A DNA stretch of 64,000 bases from Bacillota bacterium (GTDB taxonomy: Bacteria; Bacillota; Sulfobacillia; SLMV01), in assembly GCA_046483165.1 (NCBI GenBank), contig JAWODQ010000126.1, positions 3,811-67,810 of the forward strand. The letters run 5' to 3'. The notes beneath the pieces were generated by a model that made no database searches, had not been told where the DNA came from, and saw only the letters and a program-made list of their open reading frames with translations. Below, piece after piece: positions 1-9,893 of the stretch. The translations under genes and the position numbers were made by a program. The stretch's first letter is position 1. Every line of letters begins with the position of its first letter.

Positions 1-1241
1 GAGCGCTCGAAGAAATACCTCGGGTGAGTTACCAGGTGCTGATCCAGCGGGCTCGAGGAAGCCACCAGTACCGCGAGGGAGGGGGAGTCCTTGCGGCCCG
101 CCCGGCCCATCTGTTGCAGGGCGCTGGCGATGGTTCCCGGATAACCGACCAGTACGGCGGCTTCCAGCGATCCTATGTCGATACCGAGCTCCAGAGCGTT
201 GGTCGCGATCACTCCCCGTATCTCTCCTTCCCGCAATCCCCGTTCTATCTCGCGGCGCTGCGCCGGGAGATAACCGCCGCGATAACCGCGGACGTTTAGG
301 CTGGGCAGGGCTTTCCTGAGGTAGGAAAGGAGCACCTCCGATTGGACCCTGCTGCGGGTGAAGGCTATGGTTTGAATGCCGTTGCCCAGTAATCGTTTCA
401 GGATATCGCGGGCTTGCAGAATTGAACTTCGCCTTATCCCCAGTTCTTCATTGACCACCGGAGGATTGTAGAGGACAACGTGTTTCGGTGCTCGGGGAGC
501 TCCCGATTCGTCGACTAGCGTGAAGGGGAGTCCGGCCAAACGTTCCGCCAGCTCACCGGGGTTGGCAATGGTGGCCGAGGAGGTAACGAACTTCGGCGAG
601 GAGCCGTAGAAGCGGGCGATCCGTTGCAACCGCCTCAATACGTTGGCGACGTGGCTTCCGAAAACGCCCCGATAGGTATGCAGCTCGTCGATCACCACGT
701 ATTCCAAATTCTCGAAGAGGTGAACCCACTTGGTATGGTGGGGGAGTATGCCCGTATGAAGCATGTCCGGATTGGTGATCACTATTTGACCCGCCCGGCG
801 TATGCTGCGTCGAGAGGTGGCGGGAGTGTCGCCATCGTAGGTGAAACTGGCGATATCGCCGCCCACGGCCTCTATCCACTCCGCTATCTCATTTCGTTGA
901 TCCTGGGCCAGCGCCTTGGTGGGATAAAGGAACAACCCGCGCGACTGGGGCGCGTTGAGTATGGAATCTATCACCGGGAGAATGTAGCAGAGGCTTTTCC
1001 CCGAAGCCGTCGGTGTGGCGACCGCGACGTTTTCGCCCCTCTGTAGCGCCTCGATAGCCTCCGTTTGATGGGAGTAAAGGCGCCGTATTCCCCTGGATTT
1101 TAACGCGGCGGCCAGATGGAGGTTGAACGCGGGGAGGCGACCGTATCGGGCCTCCCGGCGAGGCATTTCAACCCATCCGGTTACCTGCTCGGAGAATTGT
1201 CGATCTTCGCGAAGTGCATCGACGAGTTGTTCGAGATTCAA
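1..1241 (-). CDS. DEAD/DEAH-box helicase, YprA/MrfA-like (partial; N-terminal part, runs off the window start)
   Basis: Manual reverse-complement translation is open from a TTG at 1241 to position 1. It shows Walker A 'TPTASGKS', a DExH-type 'VVIDELH', SAT-like 'SSAT' and motif VI 'QQMGRAGR'. A SD 'AAGGGGGTGG' sits ~7 nt upstream of the TTG. The ORF is not in the six-frame track because it is truncated at the window edge. Confidence 0.8.
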   Translation of the reverse strand, partial: MNLEQLVDALREDRQFSEQVTGWVEMPRREARYGRLPAFNLHLAAALKSRGIRRLYSHQTEAIEALQRGENVAVATPTASGKSLCYILPVIDSILNAPQSRGLFLYPTKALAQDQRNEIAEWIEAVGGDIASFTYDGDTPATSRRSIRRAGQIVITNPDMLHTGILPHHTKWVHLFENLEYVVIDELHTYRGVFGSHVANVLRRLQRIARFYGSSPKFVTSSATIANPGELAERLAGLPFTLVDESGAPRAPKHVVLYNPPVVNEELGIRRSSILQARDILKRLLGNGIQTIAFTRSRVQSEVLLSYLRKALPSLNVRGYRGGYLPAQRREIERGLREGEIRGVIATNALELGIDIGSLEAAVLVGYPGTIASALQQMGRAGRKDSPSLAVLVASSSPLDQHLVTHPRYFFER

Positions 1242-1398
1242 GGTCAACCACCCCCTTTAATACTAAGCGAACATATGTTCCCGGGCAAGCGAATCCGGGG
1301 ACGAATGTCGGATTCGGCGACCGAAAGTTCCTTGAGATAATTCGAGGTACGTAGTATTTTCATTTATGTGATCGAAAGAGTTGACATTGGGGGGCGTC

Positions 1399-2673
1399 AT
1401 GCGGAGACCGAAATGGTGGAACGAAAACGTAGCGCAGTTCCTTTTGGCCGTCTCACTTGCGGTCATGGCGGGATTGTATCGAGACGGGTTCCCGGCACTT
1501 TTCCCCTTTATGCGAGAAGAGTTCGGCGTCAGCCGTGCCGTATTGGGGATGTACGTTTCGGTCCTGTATCTGATCTCCAGCGTAATAGCAGTGATGGCCG
1601 GTCACGTGGCCGACCGTCTGGGGGCCAAGCGAGCATTGACCTGGGGAGCCCTGGCCCTGGGCATCATCATACTGGTGCACACCTGGGCCCCGAGCTTCGC
1701 GATGATGCTGGCCCTGGCCGTACTGGCAGCCTTCGGTTTCAGCATCATCAGTCCCGGTACGAATAAAGTGGCTACCGATCGCTTTCCACCCCAGCGTCGC
1801 GGTACTTTCATGGGACTCGTGTTCCTGGGATGGTCCATGGGAGGACTCATCGGAGCCGTCACACTTCCGTCCATAGCCAGCGCTTTCGGTTGGCGAATTG
1901 CGGTCCTGTCCATGGCGCTGGCGATGCTCGCGGTACTGCTGGCATTTCGAATCAAGTATCGCGAGGTGGGAGAAGAGCCGGCCCGAGAAGACGAAGAAAC
2001 CGCACGGGAGGCCGAACCTTCGCTAAAAGACACATCATTTCGAGGCGGATTCGCGAGCCTACTCGCCGACCGCTACATCCTGATGATTTGTTCGGTCGGC
2101 CTGGTACTCGGCGGCATAAGCGGGACCATGGCGGCTCATTACACGCTCTTTTTCCACCTCGATCTGGGGTACAGTGAGGCCATCGCCGGGCTGGGTTTCG
2201 CCTTCCTGCACGCCGGAAGCCTGAGTGGTCGGCCGGCGTGGGGTTTGCTCAATGACCGCGTCTTCGACTCGAACGAGCGGACCAGCTTCCTGTGGATTAC
2301 CTTTACCACGGCGGCGACCGTCACCGCATTGGCCCTGGTATCCCGCTTTCTCACTGCTCCCTCGTTGGTGCTACTTTTCGCCTTGACCTTCGTGGTGGGA
2401 TTTTGCGCGCGCGGGTGGCCGGGAGTATTGTTTGCCGCCGTCTCCAAACGCGTGGATAGTAACCGGGCCGGAATGGCGACGGGGTTTACCCTGCTGTTCG
2501 TTAGGATGGGAATTACCGTGGCACCTCCAATCTTCGGATACGTCGCCGATCTAACCGGGACCTACGAGATGAGCTGGTTCCTCACCGCGGCTCTCTCCGC
2601 CCTGGCCGGCATCCTACTCTACACGCTGGGAAGCCGTATCAGTGGCGATCGAAACGTCGAGGATACCGGCTAG
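1399..2673 (+). CDS. MFS transporter
   Basis: ORF 1381..2673 translates to a polytopic membrane protein with MFS-like topology (about 12 hydrophobic helices). ATG 1399 is preceded by a G-rich SD. It is divergent from the helicase. Confidence 0.7.
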   Translation: MRRPKWWNENVAQFLLAVSLAVMAGLYRDGFPALFPFMREEFGVSRAVLGMYVSVLYLISSVIAVMAGHVADRLGAKRALTWGALALGIIILVHTWAPSFAMMLALAVLAAFGFSIISPGTNKVATDRFPPQRRGTFMGLVFLGWSMGGLIGAVTLPSIASAFGWRIAVLSMALAMLAVLLAFRIKYREVGEEPAREDEETAREAEPSLKDTSFRGGFASLLADRYILMICSVGLVLGGISGTMAAHYTLFFHLDLGYSEAIAGLGFAFLHAGSLSGRPAWGLLNDRVFDSNERTSFLWITFTTAATVTALALVSRFLTAPSLVLLFALTFVVGFCARGWPGVLFAAVSKRVDSNRAGMATGFTLLFVRMGITVAPPIFGYVADLTGTYEMSWFLTAALSALAGILLYTLGSRISGDRNVEDTG

Positions 2674-3008
2674 ATTTCGTTATTAGGATTCGGATGAGTA
2701 ATTAGCGGTGGCACTCGCGGTCATCCTCTGGTGCCGCATGGGGGAGGTAGGAGGTCCTAATCCCGCTTTCTCCGGGGATTTAGCCGCGGCGGGTGAACCG
2801 AGACTCGGTCGCGAGAATATCCATCTTCCGTTTCGTAGTGTGATGACCACTTTTCCGTCCACCATCTATATCGAATATGGCGTAATCGCGACGGCGTGTT
2901 CGGAATATTGAAACGGTAGCCGCCCTCCGGCGAAATCCGACTCGATAGACTGCGAGAAACGAGATTGTCCGGCGCTCGGGGGGACAAGTACGGAGAAGGG
3001 AAGAGTAT

Positions 3009-4346
3009 ATGAGTGATGAGAGAATCCGAGTTGCCTTCGTGCATCTCGGTTGTGCCAAAAACCTAATCGATGCCGAGAAGATGGGTGGACTGTTGGAGGA
3101 AGCTGGGTATGTTGTCGACGAGGATCTCGAGGCGGCCGACGTGATAATCGTCAACACCTGCGGGTTTATCTCGGACGCCAAAGAGGAGTCCATCGAAGAA
3201 ATCCTCTCGCTGCTCAGGGGGGCGGTGGATGATTCTCCCGCAGTAATCGCCGCGGGTTGTCTCGCCCAGCGATACCCGAGTGAGCTCGCGGAAGGTATAC
3301 CGGAGCTTTCGGGTATTTTGGGAGTGAATGACCTCGAGGAAGTGACGTCGGTAGTTGAGAGCGCCGCGCGAGGAGAACGGCTCATCCGGGTGAGTTCATC
3401 TTCCCACGGATGGCCCGATCCCAAATTGCGCCATCGCTGGACGCCATCGCACATCGCCTATCTCAAAATAGCGGAAGGTTGCGACCGTCGCTGCAGCTAT
3501 TGCGCCATCCCTCTCATCCGAGGGCCCTACCGTTCCAAGCCCGCAGAGGATATCCTGCGCGAAGCTCATTCCTTGGTCGAAGAAGGGGCTCGAGAGATCA
3601 ATCTAGTCGCCCAGGATGTGACCCTGTATCGATCGCCCGGGGGCGACGTGGGTCTCAACGGTCTGCTGAAACGCCTCGCGCGCGAACTCCCCGATGTCTG
3701 GGTGCGAATTCTCTACGCGCACCCGGCGGGGCTCGATGAAGAACTGGTCGAGACCCTGTCCGGGCACGCCAACCTTTGCTCCTATCTCGACGTTCCCCTA
3801 CAACACGCCAGCCCGCGAATATTGCGGGCTATGGGTCGTCCCGAAGACCCGGACCACGTGCGAGATTTCCTTTCGGATCTTCGCCGCAATCACCCGGAGT
3901 TTTCCGTTCGTTCCACCTTCATGGTGGGATTCCCCACGGAGACGGAAGCGGATTTCGAATACCTAACGGAGTTGGTTCGAGATTTGGAGTTGGATGATGT
4001 GGCGATCTTCCCGTTCTCTCCCGAGGATGGAACTCCGGCCGAGGGCCTGCCCGAGCCCGTACCGACCCGAGTGGCCCGAGAGCGAGCCAACGCCCTGCGC
4101 CGCATCGCCGAGGAATCTTCATTTTCCGCCAAGCAGCGGTTCGTCGGAAGAGAACTGGAAGCCGTCCTGGATCAGCGAGGGGCAAATGGGTGGCTCGCGC
4201 GCCACCGCGGGCAGGCACCGGAGGTGGATGGAGCAATAGTGGTAGATGGCCTTTCGGATACATCCCTCGCCGTCGGGGATCGTTTGAGGGTGAGAATCGA
4301 AGGAGCGGACGCGGTCGATCTCTGGGGGACGGCATGTCGGGCTTGA
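3009..4346 (+). CDS. rimO: ribosomal protein S12 methylthiotransferase RimO (radical SAM MTTase)
   Basis: N-terminal 'VAFVHLGCAKNLIDAE' is RimO-type, 'CDRRCSYCAIP' is the radical-SAM CxxxCxxC, and there is a C-terminal TRAM-like region. SD 'GGAGAAGGGAAGAG' lies upstream of the ATG. Confidence 0.88.
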   Translation: MSDERIRVAFVHLGCAKNLIDAEKMGGLLEEAGYVVDEDLEAADVIIVNTCGFISDAKEESIEEILSLLRGAVDDSPAVIAAGCLAQRYPSELAEGIPELSGILGVNDLEEVTSVVESAARGERLIRVSSSSHGWPDPKLRHRWTPSHIAYLKIAEGCDRRCSYCAIPLIRGPYRSKPAEDILREAHSLVEEGAREINLVAQDVTLYRSPGGDVGLNGLLKRLARELPDVWVRILYAHPAGLDEELVETLSGHANLCSYLDVPLQHASPRILRAMGRPEDPDHVRDFLSDLRRNHPEFSVRSTFMVGFPTETEADFEYLTELVRDLELDDVAIFPFSPEDGTPAEGLPEPVPTRVARERANALRRIAEESSFSAKQRFVGRELEAVLDQRGANGWLARHRGQAPEVDGAIVVDGLSDTSLAVGDRLRVRIEGADAVDLWGTACRA

Positions 4347-4510
4347 GTCTCGGATTCGCGGGTCGGGGATTCGCCCGACACTTCACTTTGGTATGCTGGT
4401 CGTAGAAGGAGTCGCTGATCCCGAGACGATGGTCGGCCAGTCCATTCATATCGTATCGCCGAACTATCCCGCCGCCAGTGGGAAGTGATCGAGAGAGGAT
4501 CCTGAACTAC

Positions 4511-5758
4511 ATGAGAGCCGAAATAATCGCCGTCGGCACCGAACTTCTGCTCGGCGAAGTACTCAATACAAACGCGCAATATCTATCTTCCGAATGTGCC
4601 CGATTGGGGATCGATGTATACCACCACGTGACCGTCGGGGATAATCGAAGCCGTCTCGTTCGAGCCCTCGCGGAGGCCCGGGAAAGGGCCGATCTCGTGC
4701 TCGTCACCGGAGGCCTGGGCCCGACTCCGGACGACATCACTCGAGAAGCGGTGGCCGAAGCCTGGGGACGGAAAATCGTTACCGACCCCGAATTGCTCGA
4801 CGATATCAAGACCTACTTCTGTAATCGGCACGTGGAGATGACCTCGAACAACGAAAGCCAGGCGCAGATGCCCGAGGGAGCGATCCCCTTGAGAAACAGC
4901 AAGGGAACGGCACCGGGATTCTATCTCGATGATGGTGTGGCGGCAGTCGCCTGTCTTCCCGGTCCTCCCGGCGAACTCGAGACGATGTTCTCCCGGGTCC
5001 TCGTTCCCCTCTTGGACTCGAAGGGTCTGATCCCGAAAAGTCACCTGTATTCCCGCGACGTCCTCACGGCCGGTTTGGGAGAATCTACCGCGGCCAGCAT
5101 GTTGGAAGACCTGATCGAGCGGCAGACGGATCCCACCATCGCCACGTATTCGAGCGCCGGCACCGTGAGAATTCGCCTGACCACGCGGGCGGAGAGCCCC
5201 GAGGAGGCGGAAGAAAACTTTGCCGCGGTGTTGAGAAAGCTGAAAGAGCGGATCGGAGAACACATCTACGGATATGACGCGGATACATTGAGCAGGAGGG
5301 TGGGGCGGGATCTTTCTTCCCGATATTTGACCCTCTCGCTCGCGGAATCCTGTACCGGGGGAGGTTTGGCTGCGGCTATTACCGATACGCCCGGGTCCTC
5401 GAAGTACTTTCTCGGTGGCACGGTAACCTATTCCAACGAGTCAAAAGAGAACCTCCTCGGCGTCGCTACCGAGATCCTGGTGGAGCACGGCGCGGTCAGC
5501 GAGGCGGTGGCCTCGGCCATGGCGGGAGGTTGCAGGGAACTTTTCGGTTCGGAGATCGCGATCTCCGTTACGGGTGTCGCCGGACCCGGAGGCGGGACCG
5601 ACGAAAAGCCCGTGGGAACCGTTTGCTTCGGGTTCGCGGGTCCCTGGGGTGTCGAAACGGAGCGCCATTATTTCAGTGGCGATCGCGCCGGGATACGACG
5701 GAGAAGTTGCGTGTATGCCCTCGTCGGGTTGCGGCGGCGGCTCCTCCGGTCGGGTTGA
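4511..5758 (+). CDS. cinA: competence/damage-inducible protein CinA (MocF-like N-terminal domain plus C-terminal CinA/PncC deamidase domain)
   Basis: The protein begins 'MRAEIIAVGTELLLGEVLNTN' and has a C-terminal CinA-domain 'GGTVTY...AVSEAVA'. Start is taken at ATG 4511 because CinA proteins start at the AEIIxVGTELL motif. Confidence 0.85.
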   Translation: MRAEIIAVGTELLLGEVLNTNAQYLSSECARLGIDVYHHVTVGDNRSRLVRALAEARERADLVLVTGGLGPTPDDITREAVAEAWGRKIVTDPELLDDIKTYFCNRHVEMTSNNESQAQMPEGAIPLRNSKGTAPGFYLDDGVAAVACLPGPPGELETMFSRVLVPLLDSKGLIPKSHLYSRDVLTAGLGESTAASMLEDLIERQTDPTIATYSSAGTVRIRLTTRAESPEEAEENFAAVLRKLKERIGEHIYGYDADTLSRRVGRDLSSRYLTLSLAESCTGGGLAAAITDTPGSSKYFLGGTVTYSNESKENLLGVATEILVEHGAVSEAVASAMAGGCRELFGSEIAISVTGVAGPGGGTDEKPVGTVCFGFAGPWGVETERHYFSGDRAGIRRRSCVYALVGLRRRLLRSG

Positions 5759-5801
5759 CTGGGAACGTTTGTTCGATGATACTGAATTTGGGGGTGTGGG
5801 T

Positions 5802-6398
5802 ATGGATACATATCGTCTTTTCCTCGCCGTGGATTTGCGGCGCGACACCGATGCGAGATTGGACGCGCTGACGGCGGCGGCGCATCGGGAAGTCGGAAGG
5901 GAATTTCGTCCCGTATCGAAGGGGCGCAGGCACCTTACCCTTCGCTTTCTGGGGGATACCGACTCCAACCTGGTAGAGTCGATGGCCTCGGATATCGGGA
6001 AGATACTCGGTGAAGAGGATCCATTTTACATTACGGTGGAAGGAGCCGGTGCCTTTCCCAATCCCGAGCGCGCCCGCGTTTTGTGGGCCGGCATTGAAGA
6101 AGGTTCCGGGAGAGTTGCCGACCTGGCCGCATCGATAAATGAAATTCTTAGTGAAGATTACGGGTTCGATCCGGAGTCTAAACCCTTCCATCCCCACGTG
6201 ACCGTCGGGCGATTCCGGGGTAGACCGATGGACGTGAGGGAGCTGATCGACTTTTATGCCGGGGAAATGTGGGGTCGCGACCCCGTGGAAGAAGTCCAAC
6301 TCATCCGGAGTCAGCTGGGCCGTGGAGGCCCTACGTATACGGTTTTGGAGAAGATTCCGCTCGGGGGAGACTGGCCGACGGAAAAGAAATTGGTATAA
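5802..6398 (+). CDS. thpR: RNA 2',3'-cyclic phosphodiesterase / 2'-5' RNA ligase (ThpR/LigT, 2H family)
   Basis: Two H-x-T/S-x motifs are present, 'HLTLRFLG' and 'HPHVTVGRF'. ATG 5802 has a G-rich SD. It sits in the conserved cinA-recA neighbourhood. Confidence 0.8.
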   Translation: MDTYRLFLAVDLRRDTDARLDALTAAAHREVGREFRPVSKGRRHLTLRFLGDTDSNLVESMASDIGKILGEEDPFYITVEGAGAFPNPERARVLWAGIEEGSGRVADLAASINEILSEDYGFDPESKPFHPHVTVGRFRGRPMDVRELIDFYAGEMWGRDPVEEVQLIRSQLGRGGPTYTVLEKIPLGGDWPTEKKLV

Positions 6399-6413
6399 TA
6401 TGCCATATAGGAG

Positions 6414-7442
6414 GTGTTCCCTTTGGAGCGGGATAAGGCTTTAGAGATGGCCATTTCACAAATAGAAAGACAGTTCGGCAAGGGCTCGATAATGAAACTT
6501 GGGGAATCGGGTGCCCTCCAGGACGTCGAGGTTATTCCAACCGGTTGCTTATCGCTGGATATCGCTTTGGGCGTCGGCGGATTGCCGCGCGGTCGCGTGG
6601 TAGAGATATACGGACCGGAGGCCTCGGGAAAGACGACCGTGGCCCTGCACGTCGCCGCGGAAGCCCAACGCCACGGTGGCTTCGCTGCCTTCATCGACGC
6701 GGAACATGCGCTCGATGCCCACTACGCCGAGCGTCTCGGTGTGGACGTCGAGAACTTGCTGATATCGCAGCCAGACACCGGCGAGCAGGCCCTCGATATC
6801 GCCGAGGCCCTGGTTCGAAGTAGTGCGGTCGATGTGGTGATCATCGATTCCGTCGCCGCTTTGGTGCCGCGCGCGGAGATCGAAGGGGAAATGGGAGACA
6901 GTCACGTGGGGCTTCAGGCCCGATTGATGTCCCAGGCGATGAGGAAACTTGCCGGGGCCATATCCAAATCTCGCGGAATCGTCATCTTCATTAACCAGAT
7001 CCGGGAGAAAGTGGGAGTTATGTTTGGCAGTCCCGAGGTGACTCCCGGTGGACGTGCCCTCAAGTTTTACTCCTCGGTAAGGATCGACGTACGGCGCATA
7101 GAGACCCTGCGCAACGGCAGTGAGAGCCTGGGTATCAAGGTTCGTGCCCGGGTACTGAAGAACAAAGTGGCACCACCCTTCCGCCAGGCAGAATTCGATC
7201 TGATGTACGGCAAGGGAATATCGCGCGAGGGAGACTTGCTCGATCTCGGTGTGGAACACGGAATAGTCACCCAGGCCGGCTCCTGGTATTCCATCGGAGA
7301 GGAAAGGATGGGACAGGGCCGAGAGAACGCCAAGAACTGGCTTATGGAGAACCCAGAACACAAAGAGGAACTGCAAAAGGCCATCCTCGAAGAGGTCGGC
7401 CTCGAGCGGAGAATACGTCCCAAACCGGGCGAGGAAGAGTAG
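6414..7442 (+). CDS. recA: recombinase RecA
   Basis: '[15 protein letters not shown]', Walker A 'GPEASGKTT' and the full RecA core are present. The likely true start is TTG 6423, 8 nt after AGGAGG at 6409-6414. Confidence 0.95.
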   Translation: MFPLERDKALEMAISQIERQFGKGSIMKLGESGALQDVEVIPTGCLSLDIALGVGGLPRGRVVEIYGPEASGKTTVALHVAAEAQRHGGFAAFIDAEHALDAHYAERLGVDVENLLISQPDTGEQALDIAEALVRSSAVDVVIIDSVAALVPRAEIEGEMGDSHVGLQARLMSQAMRKLAGAISKSRGIVIFINQIREKVGVMFGSPEVTPGGRALKFYSSVRIDVRRIETLRNGSESLGIKVRARVLKNKVAPPFRQAEFDLMYGKGISREGDLLDLGVEHGIVTQAGSWYSIGEERMGQGRENAKNWLMENPEHKEELQKAILEEVGLERRIRPKPGEEE

Positions 7443-7445
7443 CCC

Positions 7446-7949
7446 GTGCCGGACGACGGAAAAGAAAGGGCCGCCTCGGAGGCGCTGTCCTATACCTATC
7501 GTTTGCTGAGTCGACGCGATTATACCGCCGCCGCCCTCCACGACCGTCTGCGGCGTCGGGGCCATTCCGAGGAGACGGCCGGATACGTGCTGAGCGAGCT
7601 TCGCCGCCTGAATCTGGTGGATGACGAAGACTACGCCCGCAGATACGTGACCCACGTGCTCGAGCGCAAACCCCGGGGGAAGGCGAAGATTCGCCACGAT
7701 CTCGAAAGACGAGGGGTGGAGCGGAATCTCGCAGAGCGGGTGATTGACCAGATGGTCGGCGAAACCGAAGAGATGGCCATGGCGCGCCGTGCCCTCGCCG
7801 CAAGGGGAGCCACCCGCGAGAGCATCTACGAGGATCGGCGCAGCGAGGCCCGGTTTTACCGATTCCTGAAGGGACGGGGGTTTCGAGACAGGGTGATTCG
7901 AGCTGTCCTGCGATCTCCCGAAGGGCCCGAAGGAGACCAGTTTTCTTGA
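7446..7949 (+). CDS. recX: recombination regulator RecX
   Basis: A ~165-aa basic helical protein immediately downstream of recA with RecX-like repeats ('YALRLLSRRDYT'-type 'YTYRLLSRRDYT'). GTG start lies 4 nt after the recA stop. Confidence 0.85.
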   Translation: MPDDGKERAASEALSYTYRLLSRRDYTAAALHDRLRRRGHSEETAGYVLSELRRLNLVDDEDYARRYVTHVLERKPRGKAKIRHDLERRGVERNLAERVIDQMVGETEEMAMARRALAARGATRESIYEDRRSEARFYRFLKGRGFRDRVIRAVLRSPEGPEGDQFS

Positions 7950-8155
7950 CAGTTTGCGTGAACGACCGATAAACTTCTTTTGGGAATCACCTGTTCTGAA
8001 TTCTACCGGTGCACGGTTTAAGATACGCTCGGTGAAATGCCCAGGAATTATCGGCGGGGCCACGGTCCACTGTCGTGAGATTTGGTGATGGGGATTACAA
8101 CCGATACACCCCTATGGGGGACGTACGAGCCGTACACGGTGTGGTAGGTTCGCAG

Positions 8156-8180
8156 GCCGAGTCCCATGGACTCGGCTTTT
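8156..8180 (+). terminator. Terminator-like GC-rich hairpin (9-bp stem GCCGAGTCC/GGACTCGGC, loop CAT) followed by UUUU, inside the rny 5' leader
   Basis: The perfect inverted repeat at 8156-8176 plus TTTT 8177-8180 was read directly. It lies ~55 nt upstream of the rny start and ~200 nt downstream of recX. Confidence 0.4.
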
Positions 8181-8231
8181 CGTTTATCCGGACAGGTACG
8201 CCAACATCCCAAGGATGGAGGTGTCACGCCT

Positions 8232-9773
8232 TTGAGTCTGGGGCAAGTAGTGGCGATAGCTGCCGTCGTCGGAATTGTCGCATTGGTAGTTGGCTTCCTT
8301 TTGCGAAAGTCCATCGCTGAGGCCCGCATAGGTTCGGCGGAGCAAGAGGCCGTACGCATTCTCAACGATGCCAGCAAAGAAGCCGAAAGAAAGCAAAAAG
8401 AATCGGTTCTGCAGGCGAAAGAAGAAATCCACGCCATGCGATCCGAATTCGAAGAAGAAATTCGTCAGCGCAGGTCCGAGTTACAGGAGGCCGAAAGGCG
8501 CCTGGCCAATAGAGAAGAGGCCGTCGAACGCCGCGTCGAAAACCTCGACGAGCGCGAAGATGCCCTGAAATCTCGGGAAGAAAACGTCCAGGAGATGGAG
8601 CAAGAAGCGCGTAGAATCCTCGACGAACACGTCAAGGAGATGGAACGCATCGCGGGCCTGACGCGCGAGGAGGCGCAGGCCGAGGTGATGGCGCAGATTG
8701 AGAAGGATGCGCGCCGGGAGGCGGCCATACTGGCCCGCGATATCGAAAACGAGGCGCGAGAGAACGCCCAGAAGAAGGCGAGAGAGATCGTCTCTTTGGC
8801 GATTCAACGTTGCGCCGCCGATCAGGTCAGTGACACCACGGTTTCCGTGGTGGAACTGCCGAGCGACGATATGAAGGGCCGCATAATAGGGCGCGAGGGT
8901 AGGAATATCCGGGCGTTCGAAAGCCTGACCGGAGTCGACCTAATCATCGATGACACGCCGGAGGCCGTCGTGATTTCCAGTTTCGATCCCATCCGGCGCG
9001 AGAAGGCGCGACTCACCCTCGTCAAGTTGGTGGCCGATGGTCGAATCCACCCGGCGAGGATCGAGGAAATGTACGAGAAGGTGGAGCGAGAAATCGAGGA
9101 ACAGATCCGCGAGACCGGCCAGCAGGCAGCCTACGATGCCGGAGTACACGGACTGCACCCCCGTTTGACCGAGCTTCTCGGCAGATTGAAGTTCCGCTCC
9201 AGCTACGGACAGAACGTGCTGCAACATTCGATGGAAGTCAGTCACCTGGCGGCCGTCATGGCTTCGGAACTCGGAACGAACAACAATCTGGCCCGTCGCG
9301 CCGGCCTGTTGCACGATATCGGTAAGGCCGTCGACCACGAGGTTCAGGGAACTCACGTAGATATCGGTAGAGACCTTCTGCGCCGTTACGGTGAGAAGGA
9401 AGAAGTTATCGCGGGCATGAGCGCACATCACGGGGATTATGAGGCGGAGAGTGTGGAGGCGGTCCTGATAACTGCCGCCGACGCGTTGTCCGCCGCTCGA
9501 CCCGGAGCGCGCCGCGAAACGCTGGAGGCCTACATCCAGCGTCTGTCCAAACTCGAGGACATCGCCGATTCATTCCAGGGCGTCGAGGAGAGTTACGCCA
9601 TCCAGGCAGGCCGGGAGATACGCATAATGGTCAAGCCGGACGAAATCGACGACCTGGAGGCCTATTCTTTGGCCCGCGATATCGTCAAGAAGGTCGAGGA
9701 ACAAGTCGAGTACCCCGGGCAGGTAAAGGTCACCGTCATCAGACAAACCCGGGCAGTGGAGTACGCCAAGTAG
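8232..9773 (+). CDS. rny: ribonuclease Y (N-terminal TM helix, KH domain, HD domain)
   Basis: TM '[19 protein letters not shown]', KH '[26 protein letters not shown]' and HD '[12 protein letters not shown]'. Start TTG 8232 is 9 nt after GGAGG. Upstream in-frame sequence in the track ORF is leader. Confidence 0.9.
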   Translation: MSLGQVVAIAAVVGIVALVVGFLLRKSIAEARIGSAEQEAVRILNDASKEAERKQKESVLQAKEEIHAMRSEFEEEIRQRRSELQEAERRLANREEAVERRVENLDEREDALKSREENVQEMEQEARRILDEHVKEMERIAGLTREEAQAEVMAQIEKDARREAAILARDIENEARENAQKKAREIVSLAIQRCAADQVSDTTVSVVELPSDDMKGRIIGREGRNIRAFESLTGVDLIIDDTPEAVVISSFDPIRREKARLTLVKLVADGRIHPARIEEMYEKVEREIEEQIRETGQQAAYDAGVHGLHPRLTELLGRLKFRSSYGQNVLQHSMEVSHLAAVMASELGTNNNLARRAGLLHDIGKAVDHEVQGTHVDIGRDLLRRYGEKEEVIAGMSAHHGDYEAESVEAVLITAADALSAARPGARRETLEAYIQRLSKLEDIADSFQGVEESYAIQAGREIRIMVKPDEIDDLEAYSLARDIVKKVEEQVEYPGQVKVTVIRQTRAVEYAK

Positions 9774-9893
9774 CGAAGGATAGAAGATCACGCATACGGA
9801 CGGGGTTCGCGAAACGCGCGAACCCCGTTCTCGTGAGAGGAAAAGGATAAGATCTGGCGAAGATCGCTTGATGTGGGGAGAGGAGATTGGTAA

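Noticed and set aside
2674-3008. 335-nt intergenic region between the MFS gene and rimO, with a bulged hairpin (GCGG-tg-GCAC...GTGCCGC) and a T-loop-like 'GGTCCTAATCCC'
   Set aside because: No cloverleaf could be built around the T-loop-like segment. The hairpins are short and there is no U-tract. It is probably just promoter/UTR sequence.
6549-8063. 504-aa ORF on the minus strand overlapping recA and recX. There are similar long antisense ORFs at 16526..17923, 12638..13243, 13800..14744, 51582..53177, 53700..54509, 55138..55794, 59137..59958 and elsewhere.
   Set aside because: These lie antisense to clearly conserved genes with strong motifs. The translations are low-complexity and Arg/Pro/Gly-rich, as expected for open antisense frames in ~60% GC DNA.
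8075-8320. 81-aa ORF and the upstream part of track ORF 8166..9773 in the rny leader
   Set aside because: There is no SD and the translations are non-protein-like. The region contains a terminator-like hairpin and is better explained as 5' UTR. The true rny start is TTG 8232.
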